Positions 47,455 through 57,550 of a stretch of 64,000 bases of DNA are shown one piece after another; position 1 is the first letter of the stretch; each line of letters begins with the position of its first letter. Where the stretch lies: positions 62,001 to 126,000 of IMG/VR virus record IMGVR_UViG_3300013094_000017. The stretch is one strand, 5' to 3'. The notes below the pieces were generated by a model that was not told where the DNA came from, did not search any database, and worked only from the letters and a program-made list of their open reading frames with translations. A program made the position numbers and the translations under genes.

Positions 47455-50400
47455 TTAACTAACACTCTTCATTAATGTAGTTAGCGGACTTGAGGCATTG
47501 GCGCTAACACTTCCGAATTTACTAACTACCGACGAACTAATACTTGATACATCTGGCAATCCACTTGGCACCATTGAACTAATATTGCCAATTGATGCTT
47601 CTACACTTAATGATTGTCCAGTAATGCTGCCCAGGCCTGCTTGAGCTGTTGAAAGTTTTCCAGCAATACTCGAAGCATCTAATCCCAATCCGCTAGGTAA
47701 ATTAATACCGCTTGATGCTAACAATTTGTCTACGCCCGGTATAGAACTTGCTCCTGGAATATTTGCTAAACTTCCGCCTCTATCTAACACTGCTTTGATA
47801 TCAGTAAGATTATAAGACGGCAACGGTGCTATTGCTATAGGTTGTGTACTAGGAATATTTGCCAGTGCTGATTTAGGAATATTGTTTAATATCAATCCAG
47901 ATTTTACTGCTTGATTTACATCTACACCGTCTGGTATAGTTTTAATAGCATCAGTAAGTGCTCCGGCAACTTTAGATTGTAGGTTAGGACTTAATCCTGA
48001 TAGACTGCTAAGGTCTACTCCTAGATCTCCTGCAATATTTGCATTGCCTCCAGTTATTCCACTAATTTTGGCGCCAACCCCTGATATTAATCCAGCGGCA
48101 CTACTGCCTAAACTAGTAGCAGCCGACATAGCACTAGTGCCAATTGTTGATGCTGATCCTAATCCTGATGCTAATGCAGTGCTGGCTAATGCATCTGAGG
48201 TAACATTCGGTACACCTGCAGATGCAGCAGTTTTGCCCCATTGTACTATACCTGCAGCAGCCGAAGAAACTGCGCCCGATGTTCCAGCTACGGCGTTGGT
48301 AACTAAATTAGTTACATTGCCTAACGATAGATTACCTGCTAGACTACTAATTGAACTAGGAACCAACTGTGATAAACTACCTGGTAATCCTGCCACTGGT
48401 AACCCTGCGGTTATTGAAGATAATAAACTATTTGGATCTGCTCTCAATGTAGAAACTGGAGCAGGAGGAACTGGAGTCGGAGCATCAGCAGCGTTAGGGG
48501 CAGTATTTACTAGTGGGGTTCTAGGTTTAATAGGCACATTAGTATCTATTAGTTGTGCTGGTAAACGTACTAACGATAGCGTTTGTTTAAATTCGCCATC
48601 AGTAAACTTGCTACTAACTTGAATAACTCTAAATACTCCACTATATGGAGCAGTTGCTTGATCAAAAATTGCCTCACCTGTGGTAAGATCAATATCACTG
48701 GGGTTACGGAATGTTACGATTACCATAACATCCTGCGTGGTGTAAGGTGCTTCACCTTCTCCTGCTTCTTTTGTGTCTGGATTAATTTTTGGTTTATAAT
48801 TTCCCATGCTACCTGTTACAAGATAGAACGGATCTCCAATAATTTCTATATCCGCTGTACATTGGTCAACGTTGTTAAGAATAGCTTGATGTAGGTTTTT
48901 TGCCAAGGCTGCAAATGGATCACTCTGCGGCTGCCCAGAATTTGCTATTCCTTTAGGGTTTACCTGTGTAAAGTCAGGGTAGGCTCTTACTGGCTGTACA
49001 CCAAGTGACGATTCTTGAGATTCGCCCGGTGGTTTACCCAACAATGTAGGAAATGTATTACCTTCTGTTTGAATTCCGCTGGTTGCCGATGGCATACCTT
49101 TTTTATTACCCATTGCCGCAGGAATTGCTTGGAAGAATAATGTATTAAATTTCAAATTAAATTTTAATATATCAACGTTTGCACCAGTATAGATATAATC
49201 ATATTCGCGATTAACCATTGTAGATAATTTGCTAGTATCAACAGTACCGGATACTACAGAATTAGGAATTCTAGTATAATGCATCTTATACGGAATTACC
49301 ACATATCTATATTTGTAGAACGGTTTATTTGTTGTGCTATCTACTGTGCCTAGGTCTTCCATTTCAAGATGAACCATGAAGTAATTTACGAATCCTGTGT
49401 CAGGATCAACATTATTAGGAAAATCTTTTAATAGTTTTTTAGTATAATCACTGTCACGGATAATTGACACAATACATTCATGTATATTTGCATTTTCAGC
49501 AAAGAATATTGCCGGTGCCTTTGGATCATAATGCACAGTGTTTGTAGCAGTATTGGCCATTACGCCCGGATCTTCAAATTTATAAACTGCTGGATCTTTT
49601 AATAGGTTGATTCCTTGACAGGTATCCCATGATCCGTCAGTTGACCCGGCAACTATGCCAGTCTCGTCAACCTTAGGTAATACTATTTCATATTGATCAC
49701 ATTTATTTGCGCTAGTATCGCCTTTGGTATTCTTGGCATCGGACTGTATCATTTTATTCAATTCATTTGAAAAATTTGATAAGATCTCCCCAACAGTATT
49801 ACCTACTAATTGTATATTAGATTTTAATACCGCAGGTTCTCCAAAGCCTTTTTCATTAAACGGCACACACTTACAATGATATTTTGCGCCACTTTCGGTG
49901 ACCTCTATATCTAGTGAAGTAAACCCTAACACAAAATATCTTGTTGAATTAGGCACCGGAATAGCAGTATCTGGCAGATATTGATCATCTGGATATCCTA
50001 CGAACTCCATCTTTAATAGGTATGGACAATTAGTATACTGATCGTGGCCAGCAGCAACCGCAGAAACTTGTAATGCTTCTATGAATCCTGTCATACTGTA
50101 GGGTTCTATTAAATCAAATTCTATATTAGTTGCCACACTTAGGCTGGTCTTTTCGTTTTGACCCATTACTGTGTCAATACTAACATTGTTGATGTAGAAA
50201 TCAAATCTGCCTGGACTATTTTTGTTAAATGATGTTACTAGATCCGATACTGATCCGTCTATCGTGGTAATATCTGAAGTATTGGCATCTGTTGGAGGAA
50301 TAATACCAGTAGATCCTTTACCTCCAGATCTAGCTATTACGAAATAATCTTGATTGATGCGATAAGATTCAGGATCAGTTAACGCTGTTTTCTTTAATGA

Positions 50401-50493
50401 TGCAAGGGTGAATATATAATTGTATGACCGAAAAGAATTTAACGGATTCTTAGCTTTGGTCGTTTTAGCATTTAAGGTTGCTACATCAGCCAT
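47455..50493 (-). CDS. baseplate hub protein (gp27-like) with a Ser/Ala/Gly-rich C-terminal extension
   Basis: IIGDPFYL and YSGVFRVIQVSSKF..G.F.QTL.L.R hub motifs; low-complexity last ~330 aa. Confidence 0.65.
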   Translation of the reverse strand: MADVATLNAKTTKAKNPLNSFRSYNYIFTLASLKKTALTDPESYRINQDYFVIARSGGKGSTGIIPPTDANTSDITTIDGSVSDLVTSFNKNSPGRFDFYINNVSIDTVMGQNEKTSLSVATNIEFDLIEPYSMTGFIEALQVSAVAAGHDQYTNCPYLLKMEFVGYPDDQYLPDTAIPVPNSTRYFVLGFTSLDIEVTESGAKYHCKCVPFNEKGFGEPAVLKSNIQLVGNTVGEILSNFSNELNKMIQSDAKNTKGDTSANKCDQYEIVLPKVDETGIVAGSTDGSWDTCQGINLLKDPAVYKFEDPGVMANTATNTVHYDPKAPAIFFAENANIHECIVSIIRDSDYTKKLLKDFPNNVDPDTGFVNYFMVHLEMEDLGTVDSTTNKPFYKYRYVVIPYKMHYTRIPNSVVSGTVDTSKLSTMVNREYDYIYTGANVDILKFNLKFNTLFFQAIPAAMGNKKGMPSATSGIQTEGNTFPTLLGKPPGESQESSLGVQPVRAYPDFTQVNPKGIANSGQPQSDPFAALAKNLHQAILNNVDQCTADIEIIGDPFYLVTGSMGNYKPKINPDTKEAGEGEAPYTTQDVMVIVTFRNPSDIDLTTGEAIFDQATAPYSGVFRVIQVSSKFTDGEFKQTLSLVRLPAQLIDTNVPIKPRTPLVNTAPNAADAPTPVPPAPVSTLRADPNSLLSSITAGLPVAGLPGSLSQLVPSSISSLAGNLSLGNVTNLVTNAVAGTSGAVSSAAAGIVQWGKTAASAGVPNVTSDALASTALASGLGSASTIGTSAMSAATSLGSSAAGLISGVGAKISGITGGNANIAGDLGVDLSSLSGLSPNLQSKVAGALTDAIKTIPDGVDVNQAVKSGLILNNIPKSALANIPSTQPIAIAPLPSYNLTDIKAVLDRGGSLANIPGASSIPGVDKLLASSGINLPSGLGLDASSIAGKLSTAQAGLGSITGQSLSVEASIGNISSMVPSGLPDVSSISSSVVSKFGSVSANASSPLTTLMKSVS

Positions 50494-50494
50494 A

Positions 50495-50797
50495 TTAGAA
50501 TCCCAACGCTTTCTTTAATGTTGTTATCTTAGGAAGATATATTGTTTGTCCGGAATATAAATCATATATTGGATCTTGAATTATTGATGGATTTCTTGTG
50601 GCAAATACCCACCATAAATCAACGTTTCCGTATAAAGTATATGCTAATAAGTCAGGACGATTTTCATATTGGCTTGTTATTGTATATTGAACATCGTCTG
50701 CTTCAAAAGGAAAATCGCGTGATGTAAGTACATCAAGGTAAGATCCATTCAACGGAGTGGTATAATATGGACTTAATTTAGGATAATTTGATGGCAT
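50495..50797 (-). CDS. gp53: baseplate wedge protein gp53-like (LysM-like)
   Basis: RPDLLAYTLYG..DLWWVFA..N; start at ATG 50797 (TAATG overlap with the upstream gene). Confidence 0.8.
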   Translation of the reverse strand: MPSNYPKLSPYYTTPLNGSYLDVLTSRDFPFEADDVQYTITSQYENRPDLLAYTLYGNVDLWWVFATRNPSIIQDPIYDLYSGQTIYLPKITTLKKALGF

Positions 50798-51714
50798 TAT
50801 AGATATCCTTGTACTCGTTGGGTAGATGATAACCAACCATCTACTGTTCCTTTTAACATTTCGCCTCTACTGTAGATTGGAAGTAATGTTAACTGTACTG
50901 TACTGATTGTTGGAACTGAACTATTTCCGTATGCAGATATTGTCTTACCTGTATTGAAATAATCTACGTTATCTGGTAAATCTAATCTAAATCCCGAAAC
51001 TGCAACTGGTGTGTTGTTGAGCATAAAGTCACCGTAGGCTAATAATCGGCATACTGGAGGTGGACTACCGGCATTTGTGTCATCACCAAATCGCATTTTT
51101 GTCAAAGCACGCAATAGATGTATTACACTAAGGAATATTCCGGCTTCGTTTTCATTCTGTACAGTAAATTTACCACTTATAGTGATTTCACCTACCTGAC
51201 TATTCTTATAAAAGTACTGTGTATAATTAGAATGAGGTACATTTAATCCATTATAGTTTGCTTTATGTTCAAGATTTATCGTAGGTGTATATGGAAAAAT
51301 TATTCCGCCAGCTTTGACCAGTTCGTTCTTAGGTCCTGTTGCATGTCCTATCAAATAAGTTTGAGGAATAAGCAATTTAGTTCGGGTATCGGGTGATCCA
51401 TTTATTACCGGAACTGCTGGTGTTGCAGTGCTAGGCATCGAACTAAGAGTTGTTGGTCCTGCAGAAGGAGTAGCGCCGCCACCTGTATAGTAATCCGATG
51501 GATTATTAGGATCATAACCGCCCGCTGGTTGCGTAGTATAATCAGGCCCGATATTTGTAGGGTCAGCATATTTTGCGGCTGTGTCAGCGGCTGAAGCATC
51601 TGCACCGGGAACATATCCGCCGCCGATTGATTCTTCTTGACCAGGAACATATCCGCCTGCGACAGAATAGTCTGGTACGTAGTTAGCTGCTGGTGAATTT
51701 GGATCTGTAGCCAT
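50797..51714 (-). CDS. tail tube initiator/baseplate-tail junction protein (gp48/gp54-like)
   Basis: GIIFPYTP, GSPPPVCRL.AYG tube-fold motifs; N-terminal GGYVPG repeats. Confidence 0.6.
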   Translation of the reverse strand: MATDPNSPAANYVPDYSVAGGYVPGQEESIGGGYVPGADASAADTAAKYADPTNIGPDYTTQPAGGYDPNNPSDYYTGGGATPSAGPTTLSSMPSTATPAVPVINGSPDTRTKLLIPQTYLIGHATGPKNELVKAGGIIFPYTPTINLEHKANYNGLNVPHSNYTQYFYKNSQVGEITISGKFTVQNENEAGIFLSVIHLLRALTKMRFGDDTNAGSPPPVCRLLAYGDFMLNNTPVAVSGFRLDLPDNVDYFNTGKTISAYGNSSVPTISTVQLTLLPIYSRGEMLKGTVDGWLSSTQRVQGYL

Positions 51715-51770
51715 ATTTGTTTATATCCTTATGACATATTTAGCAATAAATAATATACCTACTTAATTGG

Positions 51771-51800
51771 TTGACATTCTGTTAATCAAACTGTTATACT
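51771..51800 (+). promoter_or_regulatory. sigma70-type promoter for the late sigma factor gene
   Basis: TTGACA-18 nt-TATACT with an extended TG. Confidence 0.65.
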
Positions 51801-51823
51801 TAACAAAAGGAGTTTCGCGCCAC

Positions 51824-52738
51824 ATGACAATAACAATAACACCAACTGGCCGCAAAGTAAAATATCTTAATAATAGAGACTTACTAGCAGAAATACATAA
51901 AAGTAAATGTACATACAGTAGTTTTACACTTCCGGAATACAAGCAACACGACATTATTCTAACAAATCTTGATAAAATCAATATCAGGACTATCGCAGAT
52001 GCCAAACGAGCCCGTGCTAAACGCATGGGGTTAGAAGCATTTATGAATGCCCGCATTGCAGGTGATAAGAAAATCAAATTAGGAGAGTGTACGCCAGACT
52101 ATACCACTATTCCTAAGACAGATATTGTTATCCGCATCATGACATTCGATCATATTCCGCTCTCTCCGGGCAGAAAAAAAACAACCAAAACAGTAGCAGA
52201 CGCACACGAAAAAGTTAATTTTCCTCCATTCCAACATTGGAAGTTTAACGAGAACGATGAACTCATTTGTGTGGCAAAAAGCCATTGGAAAGGCCCTGTA
52301 GATACAGGATACTTTAGTAAAGACCATGGTCGTATTACAGAAAATCTAGGCAAGATGTATATTAAACTGTCAGAGCGTTACGCACAGCGTAGTAACTGGC
52401 GTGGCTACACCTACATTGATGAAATGAAGGGACAGGCTATTCTACAATTAAGTCAAATTGGTCTACAGTTTGATGAGTCGAAATCAGAAAATCCATTTGC
52501 CTACTACACCGCAGCAGTCACTAACAGCTTTACTCGTGTGCTGAACATAGAGAAGAAGAGCCAAAATATCCGTGACGACCTATTAGAAACAGCAGGACTT
52601 ACTCCAAGTATGACACGTCAGAATCAAACAGAATTTGCTGACGAGATTGCCCGTCAAGCTGAGATTTACAAGAACTTACGCATGCCAAAGAGTCAATCGG
52701 GCGACTTTACCGAAGATGATTCAGAGGAAAGTGCTTGA
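51824..52738 (+). CDS. gp55: late-transcription sigma factor (gp55-like)
   Basis: YLNNRDLL, NWRGYTYIDEM, FDESKSENPFAYYT; start moved to ATG 51824 (AGGAG RBS); lies upstream of gp47/gp46 as in T4. Confidence 0.85.
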   Translation: MTITITPTGRKVKYLNNRDLLAEIHKSKCTYSSFTLPEYKQHDIILTNLDKINIRTIADAKRARAKRMGLEAFMNARIAGDKKIKLGECTPDYTTIPKTDIVIRIMTFDHIPLSPGRKKTTKTVADAHEKVNFPPFQHWKFNENDELICVAKSHWKGPVDTGYFSKDHGRITENLGKMYIKLSERYAQRSNWRGYTYIDEMKGQAILQLSQIGLQFDESKSENPFAYYTAAVTNSFTRVLNIEKKSQNIRDDLLETAGLTPSMTRQNQTEFADEIARQAEIYKNLRMPKSQSGDFTEDDSEESA

Positions 52739-52786
52739 TCTTTGGTCAAATAAGATGTTAAACTTAATGTAGGAGAGTACCTATTA

Positions 52787-53800
52787 ATGGCATTGTTTAA
52801 GAAAGTAGCATGTTTTACAGATTTACACGTAGGATTAAAGGGAAATAGCGCAGCGCATTTGAAAGATTGCGAAGATTTTGTAGATTGGTTTATTCTAGAA
52901 GCCCAGGCTGCAGGTTGCGAGACCTGCATCTTTCTTGGTGACTGGCATCATAATCGCAATAGTATCAACTTGATTACCTTAGACACCAGTATTCGCTGTC
53001 TAGAAAAATTAGGTGCTGCCTTTGAACAGTTCTACTGGTTTCCCGGTAATCACGATCTGTACTATAAAGATAAACGCGATGTACACAGTTCAGCATTTGG
53101 AAAACATATTCCAGGTGTAACTGTCGTAGATGGTGTGCAGACCTTAGACGATGTTACTCTTGTGCCTTGGTTAATAGGTGACGAGTGGAAGGACATGAAA
53201 AAGGTCAAAAGCAAATATGTGTTTGGCCACTTTGAACTTCCACTATTCTACATGAACGCTATGGTACAGATGCCAGATCACGGTGAACTACAGGGCACAG
53301 ATTTTGCAGGCCCAGACTACGTGTTCAGCGGTCACTTTCATAAACGACAGGCTAAAGACAATATTGTGTATATTGGTAATGCATTTCCACATAATTTTGC
53401 AGATGCATGGGACGATGAGCGCGGTATGATGGTATTAGAGTGGGGCGGTGAACCCAAATATATCAACTGGCCGGACTGTCCTAAATTCCGCACACTTAAA
53501 CTCAGTCGCTTAATTGACGAAAAAGACTCAATTATGAAGAGCAAGATGTATCTGAAAGTTAATATGGATATTAATGTTAGCTACGAAGAAGCAAACTACA
53601 TCAAAGAAACATTTATGAAAGACTATGACATTCGCGAGATCAGTATGATCCAAGAAAAGATTAGCATGGATACCGTTATCGATGACACAATTGACAGTAA
53701 ATTTGAAAGCGTCGACCAGATAGTTACCGAAGAATTAATTAAGATTAACAGCGAACAATTTGAACAAAAGATGTTGTTAGACATTTACAATAACCTATAA
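52787..53800 (+). CDS. gp47: recombination nuclease (Mre11/SbcD-like)
   Basis: DLH, GDWHH, GNHD, GHFH phosphoesterase motifs. Confidence 0.92.
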   Translation: MALFKKVACFTDLHVGLKGNSAAHLKDCEDFVDWFILEAQAAGCETCIFLGDWHHNRNSINLITLDTSIRCLEKLGAAFEQFYWFPGNHDLYYKDKRDVHSSAFGKHIPGVTVVDGVQTLDDVTLVPWLIGDEWKDMKKVKSKYVFGHFELPLFYMNAMVQMPDHGELQGTDFAGPDYVFSGHFHKRQAKDNIVYIGNAFPHNFADAWDDERGMMVLEWGGEPKYINWPDCPKFRTLKLSRLIDEKDSIMKSKMYLKVNMDINVSYEEANYIKETFMKDYDIREISMIQEKISMDTVIDDTIDSKFESVDQIVTEELIKINSEQFEQKMLLDIYNNL

Positions 53801-53862
53801 GAGAACCTATGGTAAATACTTTTGTTGTGTTAGCAACAAACAAGTATATAGGAAATCAAACA

Positions 53863-54699
53863 ATGTTAATTCAAGTAGAGAAGTATATTAATCGAAAATC
53901 AGTTCGCCAACAAGTTACAAAAATTGACGATGATATTATTATGTCATTAAGTGAAGTGGTGAACCACTTTGGTGATAATGTATTCAATAGGAATAAATCA
54001 ATCTTTTCTCAACAAATTATTGAAAATACAATACCCACTATGATAGTAAACGGGGTGAAAGATTTAAAAGGTAATTTAATAAAATTACAGTCTGTTAAAA
54101 GAAACACCTTAGAGCATTACATCTTAATATATAACAACAATGCTAAAGACATTTATAAAGAAAAAACTGATAAAAGTCTACAAACTAAGGAAAATTTTAT
54201 AAAGAGGCATGGAGAAGAACAAGGCAATATGTTGTGGAATCGCTACTCTCAAAATAAAAGTAAGCAGAATACATTAGAAGGATTCAAAGAAAGATTTGGA
54301 AGTACTACAGGCGAAGAAAAATTTAAAGAATATAGTAATCGACAAAGATATACAAACAGTATAGAATATTATATTGAACAATACGGCAACGATCTTGGTG
54401 AAGAATTATATTTACAACGGTATCCGGCATACGAGTACGGTGGAGATTACAAAGATTATAAAAATGCTGTTTATCGGTTAAGCCAGAAAATATATGAAGA
54501 AAATATCAAAATTATTAATCCTAACAACTATACTAGGACTCGAATGGGAGTTAAAGATGGGTGGCAACTAGATCATATCAAACCAGTAATAGAATGTTTT
54601 AAAGAGGGGTTAACTATTGAAGAAGCATCTAATATTAAAAATTTACGAATGTTGCCTTGGAAAGAAAATTTAATGAGGAATTTTAAGTGTTTAAAATAA
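53863..54699 (+). CDS. free-standing HNH-type homing endonuclease
   Basis: Three F/Y...G...G repeats and C-terminal QLDHIKP...NLRMLPWKEN; inserted between gp47 and gp46; likely ATG 53863 after AGGA. Confidence 0.75.
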   Translation: MLIQVEKYINRKSVRQQVTKIDDDIIMSLSEVVNHFGDNVFNRNKSIFSQQIIENTIPTMIVNGVKDLKGNLIKLQSVKRNTLEHYILIYNNNAKDIYKEKTDKSLQTKENFIKRHGEEQGNMLWNRYSQNKSKQNTLEGFKERFGSTTGEEKFKEYSNRQRYTNSIEYYIEQYGNDLGEELYLQRYPAYEYGGDYKDYKNAVYRLSQKIYEENIKIINPNNYTRTRMGVKDGWQLDHIKPVIECFKEGLTIEEASNIKNLRMLPWKENLMRNFKCLK

Positions 54700-56486
54700 A
54701 AAATTTGATTGTGAAAAATTTCATGTCAGTAGGAAATGTTTCACAGGCTGTTGACTTTGATAAGGAACATCTCACATTAGTCCTAGGTGAGAACTTAGAT
54801 TTAGGTGGAGATGACAGCGGCTCACGCAATGGAACCGGCAAGACCACTATTGTGAATTCTCTAAGTTATGCTCTCTATGGGCAGGCCTTGACAAATATCA
54901 AGAAAGAGAACTTAATCAACAAGATCAATCAAAAAAATATGTTGGTCACTGTTGAGTTTGAGAAAGATGGTACCAAATATCGTATCGAACGAGGTCGTAA
55001 ACCTAATATCCTTAAGGTTTATATCAACGATCAGGAGCAACAAGATCAGTCTGAAGTAGATGAGTCACAAGGTGATAGCCGCGAAACACAGAGATTTATT
55101 GATCATGCATTAGGTATGAGCCATACTATGTTTCGCCATTTAGTTGCATTGAACACATATACTGAACCATTCTTGAGTATGCGAGCCGCCGAACAGCGCG
55201 AAGTAATTGAACAACTGTTAGGTATCACTTTGTTAAGTGAAAAGGCAGAAGTGTTAAAGACATTGGTTAAAGAATCTAAAGATGCTGTACAGGTTGAAAC
55301 ACTTCGTATTGACAGCATTAAGAATGCCAATATTAATGTTCAGAAGAGTATCGATAGTTTGGCATTAAAGAGTGCCGCTTGGAATACCAAGAAGGAACAA
55401 GATATCGAAAGCCTTGCTAAGGCCATGATGCGATTAGAGAATGTTGATATCGAAGCCGAGTTGGAATCACATGCTGCTCTTAAAGTATGGGACGAGCAGA
55501 ACAGCAAACTAAAAGATTTAATCAAACAGAAGTCAAGTTATGACACTGCGCTAGGTCAGGCTGAGAAAACTGTTAAAAAGTACGAACGTGATGTCATAGC
55601 CTTAGCAGATAAGAAATGTCCACAATGTGAACAGGATCTGCACGATCACAAACATGAGCTATTGATAGATGATGCTACTAAAAACCTAGAGGATGCATTG
55701 GCATATCAGCAGTCAGTGACTGCACACTCAACTGCATTACAGGAACAGATTGCTGCGATCAACGATTTGCCTGTTAAGCCTATGACGTTTTACGACACAC
55801 ATGCAGAAGCACTTGGCCATAAAAACAATCTCGATAACCTAGAAAGGGCGTTGACTACAAAAATAGAAGAAGTTAACCCTTATGCTGAGCAGGTTGAAGA
55901 ACTAAAAAATACAGCTCTACAAGAAATCACTTGGGATACGGTAAATGCACTTACTCGAGTCAAAGATCACCAAGAGTTCTTGCTTAAACTATTAACCAAC
56001 AAAGATAGTTTCATCCGTAAAAAGATAATTGATCAAAACTTAAATTATCTAAACAAACGATTGAGCTATTATATCGAAACCCTAGGATTGCCGCATAGTG
56101 TAGTATTCTTAAATGATCTAACTGTTGAGATTACACACTTTGGTCAGGACTTAGACTTTGATAATCTAAGTCGCGGCGAACGCAATCGATTAATATTGTC
56201 TATGAGTTTTGCATTCCGCGATGTTTGGGAAAACTTATACCAAAGTATTAACTTACTGTTTGTAGACGAGCTCATGGATTCCGGTCTTGATTTAGCAGGA
56301 GTAGAAGCGGGGCTAGGAGTTCTTAAAAAATTATCTAGAGAGAGAGATAAGAACGTTTATTTAATTTCTCACAAGGAAGAATTAATTGGCCGGGTTAACA
56401 ACATACTCCGCGTTGTAAAAGAAAATGGATTTACTCATTATGCTACAAATTCTGAATATATAGAACCAAATATAGTCACGAACTAA
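54687..56486 (+). CDS. gp46: recombination ATPase (Rad50/SbcC-like)
   Basis: Walker A NGTGKT, zinc hook CPQC, signature LSRGE, Walker B LLFVDE, ISH. Confidence 0.93.
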   Translation: MFKIKNLIVKNFMSVGNVSQAVDFDKEHLTLVLGENLDLGGDDSGSRNGTGKTTIVNSLSYALYGQALTNIKKENLINKINQKNMLVTVEFEKDGTKYRIERGRKPNILKVYINDQEQQDQSEVDESQGDSRETQRFIDHALGMSHTMFRHLVALNTYTEPFLSMRAAEQREVIEQLLGITLLSEKAEVLKTLVKESKDAVQVETLRIDSIKNANINVQKSIDSLALKSAAWNTKKEQDIESLAKAMMRLENVDIEAELESHAALKVWDEQNSKLKDLIKQKSSYDTALGQAEKTVKKYERDVIALADKKCPQCEQDLHDHKHELLIDDATKNLEDALAYQQSVTAHSTALQEQIAAINDLPVKPMTFYDTHAEALGHKNNLDNLERALTTKIEEVNPYAEQVEELKNTALQEITWDTVNALTRVKDHQEFLLKLLTNKDSFIRKKIIDQNLNYLNKRLSYYIETLGLPHSVVFLNDLTVEITHFGQDLDFDNLSRGERNRLILSMSFAFRDVWENLYQSINLLFVDELMDSGLDLAGVEAGLGVLKKLSRERDKNVYLISHKEELIGRVNNILRVVKENGFTHYATNSEYIEPNIVTN

Positions 56487-56511
56487 TAGATTGTTTATAA
56501 ATACATATATA

Positions 56512-57306
56512 ATGTCAAACACTGTTACTTCTTTTGTCTATTGGATACATCTGCAATCGCATCAAGATATGCTGCTACAAGGATACATTGGAGTTTCAAT
56601 TAATCCAGAAATTCGATTAAATGATCACAAGAGCGAATCTACCAAATTAAATCCTATTAATCCTGTGTTAGCTAGTGCTTTTAAAAAATATTCAACTCAG
56701 ATTATTCAAGATATTGTATTTACGGGGTCAAACACCGAATGTTATGCTTTTGAAGAGCGTATTCGCCCCACCCCACACATAGGATGGAATATCAATAAGG
56801 GCGGAGTATGCCCTCCTTCACAAAAAGGAAAGCATCGGTCGGCATTAACAAAAGAAAAAATAAAAAATAATAGCTTAAAGCAGGGAACAAATAGAACAAT
56901 AGAGTATGTTAAAACCCATCAAGATGTTATTTACAAGGTGTTATCTATGATCTTAGAAAGAAATCGATGTGTTACTATTTTAAGAGAAACTGGAATAACT
57001 CGAGATTTATATAACAAAATTAAAAAAAAATATCTAACATATATTGAGTTATTAAACACCCATACCGATTATACTTTAATAGCAGACCATATTAAAAAAA
57101 CAAACGGAATGCAGCAAAAGGTATTTTCTGATAAAAAAGAGCTTTTAATAGAATTATATAGATTAATAAATCTCAATATTAAACGAAAAATTATTCTATC
57201 TGAATTGGGCATCTCTCCTGCATTTTATGGGAGATTTAGAAACAAAGAGTTAGAATTTATATCGTATTACAACTCACAATCTACTACCGGCGGTGATACA
57301 CAATGA
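56512..57306 (+). CDS. GIY-YIG homing endonuclease
   Basis: VYWI...GYIGVS...R..H, GWNI..GG, NUMOD3-like KGKHRS..TKEKI, HTH-like tail; TATAAATA at 56496-56503. Confidence 0.82.
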   Translation: MSNTVTSFVYWIHLQSHQDMLLQGYIGVSINPEIRLNDHKSESTKLNPINPVLASAFKKYSTQIIQDIVFTGSNTECYAFEERIRPTPHIGWNINKGGVCPPSQKGKHRSALTKEKIKNNSLKQGTNRTIEYVKTHQDVIYKVLSMILERNRCVTILRETGITRDLYNKIKKKYLTYIELLNTHTDYTLIADHIKKTNGMQQKVFSDKKELLIELYRLINLNIKRKIILSELGISPAFYGRFRNKELEFISYYNSQSTTGGDTQ

Positions 57307-57548
57307 TAAACAAGTATGTAGAATTACATGAGAAGTTTATGGACCTGCTGGCCAAGTATCATAATGCTCATGTAGTGTTTATCAATAAACCAAACTTCTG
57401 GAATACTCGAGAGTTCCTTGGTATTATGATAAGCATGAGTAAGGTAGTTAAAGAAATTAGAAAAAATAATATCGCCATGCGCAAAGAAATGCAGATAGCG
57501 ATAAAGGCTAGAAAGAAAGTTATAGCAGAACATAAAAAGGAGAAGTAA
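57303..57548 (+). CDS. basic helical hypothetical protein
   Basis: 81 aa with a Lys/Arg-rich C-terminus. Confidence 0.65.
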   Translation: MINKYVELHEKFMDLLAKYHNAHVVFINKPNFWNTREFLGIMISMSKVVKEIRKNNIAMRKEMQIAIKARKKVIAEHKKEK

Positions 57549-57550
57549 AC

